Assembly (NCBI GenBank): GCA_951406725.2
Contig: OX597816.1
Location: 26,226,001-26,290,000, forward strand
DNA: 64,000 nt
From: Octopus vulgaris
Taxonomy: Eukaryota
Reading direction: 5' to 3'
The notes beneath the pieces are model-generated. The model had not been told where the DNA came from. It searched no databases and saw only the letters and a list, made by a program, of their open reading frames with translations. Each line of letters opens with the position of its first letter. Position 1 is the stretch's first letter. A program made the position numbers and the translations under genes. Positions 43,380 through 56,575 of the stretch are shown here, in pieces.

Positions 43380-44044
43380 ATTGCCAGTTTAGCCAATAAA
43401 AACACACGCACTATATATTTGGTGTTATTTTGCTTCAGTGATATTTATTTTTTACATTAATCTTAATCTTATTTCGGCCAAAGTTCTTTCGTCACACTCC
43501 TGTGACCGCATCAGTGGTCCTTTGTTTTCTTCTCACTTACTTGTGTCTCTCCTTACTAACCGTCAGCCATTTTGTATTTCTATTGTATGTCTTCATTTGC
43601 GCATGCTTATATCTCTATGTGCGTCTATGTTTATTTAGTGTGTGTGGGGGGGATGTCTGTAATATTTGTATCTTCTGGTTATATACATTCTTGTAATTTG
43701 TATTTTGTTTTTGTTGTTGTTGCTTTTGTTCTAATTTTGTTCATGTGTTTACATCCACCCATTATTATCATTACATATGCTTGTATGTATGTATAACAAC
43801 AATATTAGTAATAATAATAATAAATCTAATCTAGAAAAAAAAAAAAAAAAAAAAAAAAAGAATATACATATACATATATATATATATACATACACATACA
43901 TATACATATATATATATATACATATATACACACATATATACACATATACATATACATATATATACACATATACATACACATAGATATTCATTTCTATTTC
44001 TTTAATTACCTGTGTATTTATTATGTTTGCAGGATCCACTATTG

Positions 44045-44906
44045 TCATATGTTGTGGTGTGCGCTATTGCTCCATTCTAGTTTTCTATTCAGGCTAGGTT
44101 TATTTTCTATTATATGTGTAGCTTCTGTAATTTGTCTAATTGTTGCATCTGTTCTATGTGTGGACAATATCTTAATCTCTATGTTATTGATTGATCCCCC
44201 GTGTTCTTGTTCGGCGTGTTGGTACAGAATCGATGAGCTTTTACCTTCCTTGAGTTGTCTCCAATGTTCATTCACCCGCTCACCAATGCTTCTTGCAGTT
44301 TCCCCTACGTATGTTACTGTCTTGTTACTGCATCGTCCCTCTATACATCTTATACTATAGACCACATTTCTGGCTTTACAGTTCGTTTGTGGGCTAAATC
44401 TACATACAGTGCAATAGTTATCCGTACAGAGAGTTCTACTAAAAGGATAGGTTCTACCAATTATAGATCTGATAGGGTTGCCTGGCTTTTCAACAACCTT
44501 AATTCTTAGTTTAAGTTTATCTAGGGTCCTTCTAAAGCGTACGCTAGTTACCTAGGGGTGTGTAACGAACATGACACTGTGTATATATGGCTATCATACC
44601 AAGAGTTGGCCTTCCTTATGTTCTGTTTATGTCCTTTCTATATATTCCATGACTTGTTCCTATAGTAAATCCCATTCCTATCATTACATAATATATTATC
44701 AAATTTCTTCATGGATTTTGTATACTTGATCCTTTACTTTATTGCTGTAACATGAGAACAAGCATATGTAATGAAATAATGTATGTGATCTAATTCTGTA
44801 GGCTCGTACATGAACACATTTCTCATTATTCTGACGAGGTCTGCCATCAAAATATTGAATTTGGCATTGCCCGCAATGGCTGAGTTCCGGTGGATCAGGT
44901 ATTTTG
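44045..44906 (-). pseudogene. Third, partial PLE ORF (RT C-terminal region + GIY-YIG) forming the upstream tandem copy
   Basis: [12 protein letters not shown]...[25 protein letters not shown]...KPSLNRK. The segment 44540-44830 carries many small deletions. Confidence 0.9.
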
Positions 44907-45187
44907 ACAGACATCCCCCCCACACACACTAAATAAACATAGACGCACATAGAGATATAAGCATGCGCAAATGAAGACATACAATAGAAATACAAAATGG
45001 CTGACGGTTAGTAAGGAGAGACACAAGTAAGTGAGAAGAAAACAAAGGACCACTGATGCGGTCACAGGAGTGTGACGAAAGAACTTTGGCCGAAATAAGA
45101 TTAAGATTAATGTAAAAAATAAATATCACTGAAGCAAAATAACACCAAATATATAGTGCGTGTGTTTTTATTGGCTAAACTGGCAAT

Positions 45188-48100
45188 ATGACCATTCCGA
45201 AATATAACAATATCTGTTTCAACACACGACTTCACATAAAAAATCTTGCACAACAAATATTTAAACGTACTAACGTGAGCCACAGCCAGGCTTGTAAGAT
45301 GCTGAAGAACACTATATTTTGTTGCCTAAAGAAAACTGTGACAACGCAACAGCTTCGTTTTATAAAACAATGTGTCTCGTCCAGGATATGTATCAACAAG
45401 GTCACAGCCAACATTAAACGGCTTGACCTCACTAACGGACAAGCGGAAAGACTAAAAAGGATGCTAATGGTAAATATTAGAAATAGAATATACAGAGAGC
45501 TGAGCGAACAAGAGAAGCGTAAACGTATATTTTTAAAAGAAATTAAAAGTATCACCACACGAAAGGAAAAAACCTTAATAATGGATATAATATATGAAGA
45601 AAACAGACATGTAATACACCAATGCAATATCCATTTTAAGAGGAAGTTATCGTGGTTGAAACAGAAACGTCAATATGAGCTCGCAAAGGAAGAAAAGCAG
45701 AAGTATCCAGATACAATAAATGGAATTATTATGGAAGATGTGCTACTACCAGAAGAGTTCAATAAAGACAATGAAGCGAACATCTTATGGGGGAGTAACA
45801 ACGGACCCAGATGAAATATCGATACTTCAACTACCACCAAAGTATGCAGTGTATAGTAAAGTGAATACCATCAAATGCCTGTCCGAGATTGAAAAGTCGT
45901 TCACAAAAATACGTTGGAATTTAAATAGATACTATGACAACAACACTTGCGACAACAACAACAACGCGAAAAACACTAACCGCAGCAACAACAACACAAA
46001 CAATAATGACCGCAACAATAACAACCGTAGCAACAAAAGCAACACGAACCCTAACAGCGGCAACAACAACAACAACACGAACCCTAACAGCGACAACAAC
46101 AATAACAATAGAAAAAATGTATGCATAGACACAAACAATAGATACAAAAACAAAAACACAAACAGAGAGAGAAAAATCGTATACAACAGCAACAACAACA
46201 ACAATTATAGGGAGAACCGACACACAAACACACACACAGATAGCCATAGTCACAAAAACACGAATAAAAGTTGTGTCATAGGGGTCACGATGGAGAATAA
46301 AGTTGAATGCAACAGGATCCTTGGACAGGGAGTCAGCGGACTTGAAACAGATAACAATATTCATAGGAACAAAAATAACGACCGCAACAAGGGGATTGAC
46401 AGGGACCAACAGACAGACATAAAACCCAACACTAATATAAACAACACATACACCAGAAACAGGAACAATGAATATATCACTAGCGATGATAGTAATAATG
46501 GCAATGGTAGGAATAAAGGTAATAACAATAATAGTGGTAGTAGTAGTGGTGATGGTAACAGTAGAAGTAGTAATGAGGATAGTAGTGATAGTTGTGGTGG
46601 TAATAGGAATACTAGTAGTAGTAGTAGTAGTGGTAATGGTGATAATAATAATAGGAAGGCTGATGTTGGAAACAGTAACGATAATGAAGATAACCCTAGA
46701 GAGACCATTGACATGTATACCCATCCCTTTGACACTCAATTCTTCAACGTATGCGACAAAACTTACTGCATGAACCGAATTTATCCAACAACATTACCCT
46801 TCAACAAAAGGGTATACATCCCAAGACGTACTAATGACCACATGGAAGCACAGTTCACTATAGCTAGGACCAAACTTAGACAGATTTTAGGTTTATACAT
46901 TAAGAGACAGAGACAGAATAAGACAGATGCCCAACAACTAGGGATTAAACCTGCATGTGGCCTACAGAAGCTCATTCAGCGCACGAGGAACGGAGAGGTG
47001 ATATGCCTTCCCACGGATAAGTCAGGCAGGATGTCAATAGACAGCTTACCGAACTACATCCAGGCAATGCAACCTCATATCGCCAATACAAAAGTAACAA
47101 CTGTACAGGCGCATGAGGAGAGAGAAAAGGTCCTCAATGCCCACATGATGATGTGGACAATTGTTCTGGGACCTCAGAAACGTACTGCAAAGAATTTCCA
47201 AGCCTGGAACAATGATATCCCGGCACTGTATGGACTTCGCAAGGACCATAAAGGTTTTACTGACCCTATAGCAGGACCACCAACAAGACCAGTCTGTGGA
47301 GCGAATATCGCTAGCAATTACAGAATCTCCTACTTCCTCTCAATGATCATACGCCCTATAATCAGGATGTCACCTGATGTATGTGACAGCACAGAAGATC
47401 TCCCTAAGCAGGATCAGTGACTGTAACAAAACTTGTGACTTGACAGGATGTATAGTAGGTAGCATGGATGTGGTATCCCTATACCCATCGATTGACGTAG
47501 ATTTTGCAGTGGAGAAGTGCGTGGAGATGATCAACGAGAGCCAGGTGGAGTTCTGTAATGTCGACACAGAAGAACTGGGCCTCCTACTTAGACTGACATA
47601 TAATAGTGAATACTTAGATAAACATAATCTTAGTAGTTTCTGCCCCAGTAGATGTTTAAGAGGTAGACCGCCTACAATTACTTCTATGGCTAGGAAGACA
47701 CATATAGAAAGATGGCGCGGATGGACCAGAGCCATACGGAGCCCCGCAAATGTCCATCAGGTAAAGAAAATGATCGCACATGCACTAGGAGCTAGTATAA
47801 GAGTTACCCTAAAAGGCCACACATTTAAATTTAATAATAAAATATATGCCCAGGACGAGGGGGCAGCCATCGGTGTTAGTATCGCTGGTGATGTGGCCAA
47901 CCTCTTCATGGTATGGTGGGACAGAAGGCTTAAAGAATGCCTACTGCAGAAATCCATACTCGTAAACATGTACTCTCGCTATGTTGATGATATCAATATA
48001 GTAGTAAAGGCACCCCCACAAGAGAGTACGGTTGATATAGTAATAGAAACTAATACTATGGAGAGCATCCAGCAAATAGCTAACTCCATCCACCAGAGTA

Positions 48101-49116
48101 TTAAGGTCACAATAGACTACCCCACTAAACACCCCAACCATAGACTACCAGTACTAGACACTGAACTCTGGCTAGAAATTGTGAAAAATAAAACCCAAAT
48201 CCTTCATTCATACTATGCAAAACCTATGGCCTCAAAATACCTGATCCACCGGAACTCAGCCATTGCGGGCAATGCCAAATTCAATATTTTGATGGCAGAC
48301 CTCGTCAGAATAATGAGAAATGTGTCACGCATGTGCGAGCCTACAGAATTAAAGAGACACATACAGTATTTCATTCACCGCATGCAGTTCTCAGGTTACA
48401 GCCATAAAGAAAGGATCAGAGTATACAAAGGAGCCATGAAGAAATTTGATAATATATTATGTAATGATAGGAATGGGATTTGCCCACTCTATAGGAACAA
48501 GTCATGGAACACTATAGAAAGGACAAAAAAGAAAATAAGGAAGGCCAACTCTTGGTATGATAGCCATAAATACCAGAGTGTCATGTTCGTTGACACCACC
48601 CCTGGAGGTGAACTAGCGTACCGCTTTAGAAGGACCCTAGATAAACTTAAACTAAGAATTAAGGTTGTTGAAAAGCCAGGCAACCCTATCAGATCTATAA
48701 TTGGTAGAACCTATCCTTTTAGTAGAACTCTCTGTACGGATAACTATTGCACTGTATGTAGATTTAGCCCACAAACGAACTGTAAAGCCAGAAATGTGGT
48801 CTATAGTATAAGATGTATAGAGGGACGATGCAGTAACAAGACAGTAACATACGTAGGGGAAACTGCAAGAAGCATTGGTGAGCGGGTGAATGAACATTGG
48901 AGACAACTCAAGGAAGGTAAAAGCTCATCGATTCTGTACCAACACGCCGAACAAGAACACGGGGGATCAATCAATAACATAGAGATTAAGATATTGTCCA
49001 CACATAGAACAGATGCAACAATTAGACAAATTACAGAAGCTACACATATAATAGAAAATAAACCTAGCCTGAATAGAAAACTAGAATGGAGCAATAGCGC
49101 ACACCACAACATATGA
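45188..49116 (+). CDS. PLE polyprotein (N-terminal domain with Asn-rich insert, RT, Cys-rich linker, C-terminal GIY-YIG); ~1308 aa after removing two 1-nt insertions (~45786, ~47402)
   Basis: Motifs [51 protein letters not shown], CxxxxCxxC..C, NVVY..C....[10 protein letters not shown] and E..KPSLN. Confidence 0.9.
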
Positions 49117-49853
49117 CAATAGTGGATCCTGCAAACATAATAAATACACAGGTAATTAAAGAAATAGAAATGAATATCTATGTGTATGTATATGTGTATA
49201 TATATGTATATGTATATGTGTATATATGTGTGTATATATGTATATATATATATGTATATGTATGTGTATGTATATATATATATATATGTATATGTATATT
49301 CTTTTTTTTTTTTTTTTTTTTCTCGATTAGATTTATTATTATTATTACTAATATTGTTGTTATACATACATACAAGCATATGTAATGATAATAATGGGTG
49401 GATGTAAACACATGAACAAAATTAGAACAAAAGCAACAACAACAAAAACAAAATACAAATTACAAGAATGTATATAACCAGAAGATACAAATATTACAGA
49501 CATCCCCCCCACACACTAAATAAACATAGACGCACATAGAGATATAAGCATGCGCAAATGAAGACATACAATAGAAATACAAAATGGCTGACGGTTAGTA
49601 AGGAGAGACACAAGTAAGTGAGAAGAAAACAAAGGACCACTGATGCGGTCACAGGAGTGTGACGAAAGAACTTTGGCCGAAATAAGATTAAGATTAATGT
49701 AAAAAATAAATATCACTGAAGCAAAATAACACCAAATATATAGTGCGTGTGTTTTTATTGGCTAAACTGGCAATATGACCATTCCGAAATATAACAATAT
49801 CTGTTTCAACACACGACTTCACATAAAAAATCTTGCACAACAAATATTTAAAC

Positions 49854-49896
<43 letters not shown>

Positions 49897-49904
49897 TATA
49901 AATA

Positions 49905-50020
49905 TATAAGTGTATCTTAGAGAATGTTTAATATTTTTGTTGCAGTGACTGAATTCAGATATATTTTAAATCACTCGCTATAACATAAAAGTATTAAACA
50001 TTCTCTAAAATATACATTTG
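49905..50020. repeat. Small imperfect hairpin next to (TA)n
   Basis: tgtatcttagagaatgtttaata mirrored by tattaaacattctctaaaatataca. Confidence 0.7.
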
Positions 50021-50105
50021 TGCTCTTTCCAGCTTTATTTACTTTTGAACCAAAATCTCAGATTTGTATGGTCTCTTAACTCCATTTTAACTATATATAC
50101 ATATA

Positions 50106-50616
50106 CTAGCAGATCGCCCGGCGTTGCTCGGGTTTGTAAGGGAAGTAACTATATAAGCATTTTTAGAGAGTTACTTCCCTTATAGATGCCAATTCGGGCT
50201 TTCTTAGCCATTTCTGTTTTGGTGTCTTCAAGCAATGAAGTCGTTGTTCTAAAAGAACGCTGGTCTCCTTGACAACGCTTTACGACGTTGATTTTCTTAC
50301 ACTCCCTTCCCCACAGCTTCACGAGGGATGAAGAAGGGGGAGAAGCAAACAGGTGCAGGTGTGACCATGGACGCCAACTCCGCCGCCATCGACACACGAA
50401 AAATTATGCATTAAAATGGAATAAAAAATGATGTTAAATTATTTTAAAAATCGTAGACTCATCGTAGACGCGCGCTAATACTCAGACGGGCTCGATATGA
50501 ATCACGACTATAAGATACCCGAATTTGGTTAAACTGCACCGCAAGATTTGGGAGTAGTTAGGAATCTAAATCGAAGGGGACAGACACTCACACAACTACA
50601 GTTTTATATATATAGA
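50106..50616 (-). mobile_element. Non-autonomous Helitron
   Basis: Minus strand starts TCtatatatataaaactg and ends cccgagcaacgccggg..CTAG at an AT target. The 3' ~70 bp are shared with 13311-13689. Confidence 0.85.
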
Positions 50617-51140
50617 TATATAGATATATATAGGCTATATTAAATCTCTCTCTATATGTACGTATATTTATATATCTAGGACATGTTAAACCTTATTTAT
50701 TGTCTTATCATTGAAGATCCCAATACTTCAAAGACCAAGTACGAGAAGCAGTGCCACAGAAAGTAGCCTTAATAACCTTAATATATCATAGTCAATAACA
50801 CGGCCGATGCAAAATTCTATGTAAGATATTGCAATATATGCACAATCCCTTCCTGTACTGATGGAGGTACAAAGTTAATCGAAACAGCAGCGTAGATTGT
50901 GTAAGATGATATCTGTTTTAGCATTAATTTTCGTACTCCCTTGTGTATTTTGAATGTATATGCTGTCGTTTATATTGCATTACATTAATTTAGCATAATG
51001 AGCACTCTGTAACCACTACATAAATCATGCTGAACGATGTCTTAAATTAATATATATGTGTGTATGGGCGTGTGGGTGTATAGCCGTGTGTGTGTGTATA
51101 ATATGTGTATTAATTTGTATATATGTATGTTTACAGATAT

Positions 51141-51303
51141 AGGCACAGGAGTGGCTGTGTGCTAAATAGCTTGCTTAAAAACCACATGGTTCCGGGTCAG
51201 TCCCACTGCGTGGCACCTTGGGCAAGTGTCTTCTACTATAGCCTCGGGCCGACCAAAGCCTTGTGAGTGGATTTGGTAGACGGAAACTGAAAGAGGCCCG
51301 TCG

Positions 51304-51368
<65 letters not shown>

Positions 51369-51580
51369 GTTTGTATGTCTGTGTTTGTCCCCCCCAACAT
51401 CGTTTGACAACAGATGCTGGTGTGTTTATGTCCCCGTAACTTAGCGGTTCGGCAAAAGACACCGATAGAATAAGTACTAGGCTTACAAAGAATAAGTCCT
51501 GGGGTCGATTTGCTCGACTAAAAGTGGTGCTCCAACATGACCACAGTCAAATGACTGAAACAAGTAAAAGGGTAAAGAGT
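51141..51580 (+). mobile_element. Family D SINE
   Basis: Full-length copy. Confidence 0.9.
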
Positions 51581-51609
51581 ATATACACACAGCTCTATGT
51601 ATTCAAAAT

Positions 51610-51709
51610 NNNNNNNNNNNNNNNNNNNNNNNNNNNNNNNNNNNNNNNNNNNNNNNNNNNNNNNNNNNNNNNNNNNNNNNNNNNNNNNNNNNNNNNNNNN
51701 NNNNNNNNN
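51610..51709. other. Assembly gap (100 N)
   Basis: Direct reading. Confidence 1.
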
Positions 51710-51866
51710 ATATGTATATTTAGGGATAACCACTAGGAAGATAACCAATATGCTAGAAGAAGATCACCTACGATCTAACTACAAAGAAAAGAATGTTCTC
51801 TAGAGAAATTCAGCAAACACCATAACATAAGCGGGTAAGAAAATATATAAAATTACAAAATTAATC

Positions 51867-51933
51867 GTGGACCGGTTTCGTCTATTACCGATAATTACTT
51901 ACGTAATTTTTTCGTCCGTAGACTCGTCAGTAC
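51867..51933 (-). ncRNA. Hammerhead ribozyme motif in a fold-back remnant (inverted ends at ~51712 and ~52018)
   Basis: Minus strand CTGACGA-GTCTA..TAGAC-GAAAC-cg-GTC; stem I imperfect. Confidence 0.65.
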
Positions 51934-52139
51934 TGGTTTCTATATGCTAAGCTACTGGTTTTCAATTGATATTAATCAAATACATGTGTATATTTAGTGG
52001 TTATCCCTAAATATACACATGTATTGCAATTATTTCTGATTTTTCAGATTTTTCTTTATGCTAGGCTACCGGTTTTAAATTGATATTTATTAAATTAATA
52101 TTCAATATATCACCCTCGTTATTTAAATTATAGATCTCA

Positions 52140-52460
52140 GAATTTTAATTGATTTGCTTTTCGCAGGAAGGAAAGTTTCTTGTCGAAGATACGTCTCGCT
52201 TTTATCCTTCGAAACGTAGAGTAGATGAAACCATAGCGACTGAAGAAGGGGTTTTTTTCTTTGTGTTAATTGTCCTGTACTCTATTTTTTTGTTGTTTAA
52301 AAAAATGTCCAGTTCCTTTGGTTTGTGTCTATGTTTTCGTTTCTCATTGTGTTCGACGTCCTTTTGGTGTCCTGTACTCATATATGCGTGTATATATGTA
52401 CATGTAGAGGTAGGTACGTACATATATGTTTATATATATGCATATGTTTTATTTTATTTA
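52140..52460 (+). mobile_element. Probable PLE terminal-repeat remnant (inverse-oriented relative at 56860-57125)
   Basis: ccttcGAAAC...CTGAAGAagggg and a shared tail ggtgtcctgtactca..catgtagaggtaggtacgtacatata ending in (TA)n. Confidence 0.55.
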
Positions 52461-52508
<48 letters not shown>

Positions 52509-53322
52509 TGCATACATATACATGTAGTCAATTTGAGGATGTAATTTCCTCCTTAGAGATTAGAAAATCCAAACTTCAACTGGTGTAATCGATGATATAT
52601 TGAGAGAATTTTCACAATATATAGGAATAAACAGCCTAATTTACAGTCATATTAATATAAGAAAATGAAGAAAAGAATATATAAGGGATATTTATTTTAT
52701 TTGTATCACGATAAAAACGTAGCAAACCATTCAATATAAATATGATTTAAAGGAACATAAATTAACAGAATAAGCATAAAAGGTACCTACGCATGTTTCA
52801 ATATGGTCATAAGGTGAACAGTGCTTCGGATCCGCAGGATTCGAAACATGTTAAGAGTTCTAGATGTAAAGAAACCACATGAAAATGTAGTCCTCATCTA
52901 TCTTACTCAGTACGTTTTTTTACCACCAATTTGAATTCCAATGCCAAACAGCCCCGCCTGCGTCTATCAAAATTTTAACTCGGCTGAGTGTCGGAGCATA
53001 GATGCAAAACAGTATAGCCGAAGCTTTAATGGTTCTGCCAAATCGGCCATATATGGTTATTTTATTTAGAATTACATTATCCCGCGTTTCCTTCCTATTT
53101 TAAAATGACTGGCTGCTGTTTTTAGCAATTCGAATGTCAACATAAATACTACTTCGTTAGCTCACCCCCTTACACCACACAGCATTGCGCATGGATCAAG
53201 TGCCTTCAAGTTTTAGGGAACATTTAAATGCGGTTTCTCATTCGTAGTTGAAGGTTACAATCGGTAACAAACACAGCCACCCCAACAACCAAGCAATAAC
53301 TACTACTACTACTACTACTACA

Positions 53323-53377
<55 letters not shown>

Positions 53378-53547
53378 TTACTACTACTATTACTACTACT
53401 GCTACTACTACTTAAACTACTACAATACCGCTGTCACTGCGGCTATACTCAGGCAAGACAAGAGCAGGACGAACACCTTACGCTCACTTCCTCTTCTCTC
53501 CCCCATTCTCTCTATATGTAATTGTGGTTGAATCTACGTAGGCGTTC

Positions 53548-54115
53548 TTTTGCTTGTTTCAGTCATTTGACTGCGGCCATGCTGGAGCACCGCCTTAAAT
53601 CGTTTCAGTCGAAGAAATCGACCCCAGGACTTATTCTTTGTAAATTTAGTACTTGTTCCATCGGTTTCTTTTGCCTTACCGCTAGATTACGGAGACATAA
53701 GCATACCAACATCGATTGTCAGACGATGGCGGGGGACGCAGACACACACACATACACACACATATATAATACAAAATGGGACAAGGACCCAAAACATCCG
53801 GACAGCTAGGTGATACAAAAAGGGACAACAAAACATCTAGATAGACGATACAAAGAAAACAAGGACGGGTCATTTGAAGCCTCTATCCTCAGTCAAGTAC
53901 CAGATTATCATCACCATTTCGGCTGATTATTCTTGAGATTGCTCCAATCTGGCCAGTCCCAAGGGAAAATATTTCTGTCCACCAAATCCACTCATAAGGC
54001 TTTGGTTGGCCCGAGGCTATGGTAGAAGACACTTGCTTAAGATGCCACGCATTTGGACTGAACCCGGAACCATATGGTTGGGAAGCAAGCTTCTTACCAC
54101 ACAGCCATACCTATG
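53548..54115 (-). mobile_element. Family D SINE interrupted at its central microsatellite by a ~205-bp insert (53768-53972)
   Basis: SINE halves flank an unrelated segment that carries ctgagga and ccgaaa half-motifs on the minus strand. Confidence 0.7.
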
Positions 54116-54119
54116 CCTA

Positions 54120-54153
<34 letters not shown>

Positions 54154-54164
54154 TCAAACACACT

Positions 54165-54213
<49 letters not shown>

Positions 54214-54934
54214 ATGCATATATATATCACTCTTTTATTTTTATTTTTAATCTATAAATCTATAAATATATATATGCATATATGCACACACACATACACA
54301 CACGCGCGCGCGCGCGCGAGCATACACATACAAATATATAAATTTATACCGGAGCTTAGTGTCACGTTTCTTTGTAGAAATTATATCACACACACGTGCA
54401 CACATACACATACATACGCACATTGAAACACACACATACACACACACATACAATCACACACACACTCAAATATGACAAGTTCTAACAGCTTAATCCACTC
54501 CACCCTCCGTCTGTCACTTTAACACCAGCGTTGATTTGATTTATAAGTTTCCTTCACTATCATCTCCCTTACACCCATTACACACACATGCATATGTGCA
54601 TGTATGTATGTATGAGCGTGTGCCCGCGTGCGTGTGTGTATGTTTCTTTTGGGAAATATATAATTTTTTTTCTTTTCTTTTGTAGAATTCCAGCCGGTCA
54701 CTAACAAAGCGGCAAGACTCTTTTGTTGAAGTCAATACAACTCTTGTAGATTGTGGTTTGCCTGCATTGATTAATGTGTAAAGGTACGTGTGTGCATGAG
54801 GATAAATTTGAACTCGTGGGTGCGCGTATCAAGATAAGGCACAAGTGTACGTGTTTCTAAGTGTTGGAGTGCGTGTGTGTTCATATGTATTCCGTATGCA
54901 CATGTGATTGTGTTCCTGTGTTCATCCAGGAAAC

Positions 54935-55425
54935 TAAATGTTCACTGTTCTGTTGGAATGATATAATTGGAGCTTCGTGTTCCATAGTGACATGTTATTC
55001 TGTAAAAAAATCTGAGATCACAGGAGAAATTTTGAAACTGTCCAGCGATTTCAGAATCCACGAATGTGGTATGTTGTCAAAAGCTTTTTTATAATCAATT
55101 CATGAAGAGCTGAGATTTCTGCGCTTGTTATGGCAATTCTCAAGGATCATGCGATTAATTAGGAGCTGATATTTGCATCCGTATGAGCCTCGTCTTCATC
55201 TTTTTGTTCAGTGGGAAAGAGGTTATTCTCTTCCATAAACGTATATGTTTTCTCCGCTAGAATAGATGTCAAAATCCTATAGGTAGTAGGCAAACATGTT
55301 ATAGGCCGGAAGTTTTTTTGGGTCTTTGGTTTCGTTATATTTGGGGAGAAGGTAAGTAATACTATTTGCCATCAAATGAGGAGTTTTTTCCGGGTCTTTC
55401 ATAATACTATTAAATAGTATTGCTA
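54935..55425 (-). pseudogene. R4/Dong-like non-LTR reverse transcriptase fragment
   Basis: Minus strand ITYLLPK..ETKDPK, QLLINRMILENCHNKRRNLS..IDYKKAFDNIPHSWI. Confidence 0.75.
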
Positions 55426-55427
55426 AC

Positions 55428-55523
55428 ATGCGTACGGCGTAGTAGTTAAGAGCGCGGGCTACTAACCCCAATTTTCCGAGTTCTATTCCAAGCAGTGACC
55501 TGAACAACAACAACAACAACAAC

Positions 55524-55564
<41 letters not shown>

Positions 55565-55967
55565 TAATAATAATAATAGCAACAACAACAAGCTTAGGAA
55601 TGAAATCCCAGGTTCGAAATTTCTCCAATTCATCTGAAGAAGTCTGTAGGGTATATCAGCCAGAACGTGTTAACAACAAACAAGATGAGGACAAATATAC
55701 GTCAAATGTAAATAATGTAAATAATGTACTTAATTCCGCGTCTCTTAAATATAGAACTGTATGTATATATATACATATATGTATGTGTGTGTGTGTGTGT
55801 GTGCGTATATATATATTTATATATATATATATATATATACAGTTCTATATTTAAGTGATGAGGAATTATGTACATTATTTACATTCGACAGGTATTTGTC
55901 CACATCTTGTTTGTTGTTAACACGTTTCGGCTGATATACCTTACAGACTTCTTCAGATGAATAGGAG

Positions 55968-55971
<4 letters not shown>
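55428..55971 (+). mobile_element. Composite element: tRNA-like head + (AAC/AAT)n + HHR-bearing module, with the module duplicated in inverted orientation
   Basis: A box ggcgtagtagttaag and B box gagttctattcc. Arms 55617-55762 / 55836-55971; the inverted arm reads CTGAAGA-agtctg..cagcc-GAAAC-GT. Confidence 0.7.
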
Positions 55972-56034
<63 letters not shown>

Positions 56035-56184
56035 TAGTTGAATGAATTATCTTAGTATGGATAATTTGGTTAACCGATACCTAGGTAGCAAATTCACGTC
56101 AGAAAAACACGGTTGAAGCTACATGCCAAGGGCAGAGATCACGTGTTTTTGTGTGGAAATTTGTATGTTTTTTAATACAAATAA

Positions 56185-56575
56185 ATGAAAAAATGGAGTT
56201 GAACGACGATTTAACAAAATTCCTTTATTCTCTACATATGTTTCGAAGGCTGCATATTCCTAATTTCGAAGGAATAAGGGGTGCATTATGCCGCCTTCTC
56301 ATCAGGAAAAGTAAGGAACTTATGTCAGCATCAAGATGCACAAAAACTCTAAGATGACTGCCCACACGCAGCCCATAGCGATTATCGCTATGGGCTCCGT
56401 GTGGGCAGTCATCTTAGAGTTTTTGTGCATCTTGATGCTGACATAAGTTCCTTACTTTTCCTGATGAGAAGGCGGCATAATGCACCCCTTATTCCTTCGA
56501 AATTAGGAATATGCAGCCTTCGAAACATATGTAGAGAATAAAGGAATTTTGTTAAATCGTCGTTCAACTCCATTC

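Noticed and set aside
45188-49116. Telomerase, programmed frameshifting or selenoprotein recoding in the RT ORF
   Set aside because: The C-terminal GIY-YIG and terminal repeats identify a PLE. The frameshifts differ between copies, and the reconstructed ORF has no in-frame TGA.
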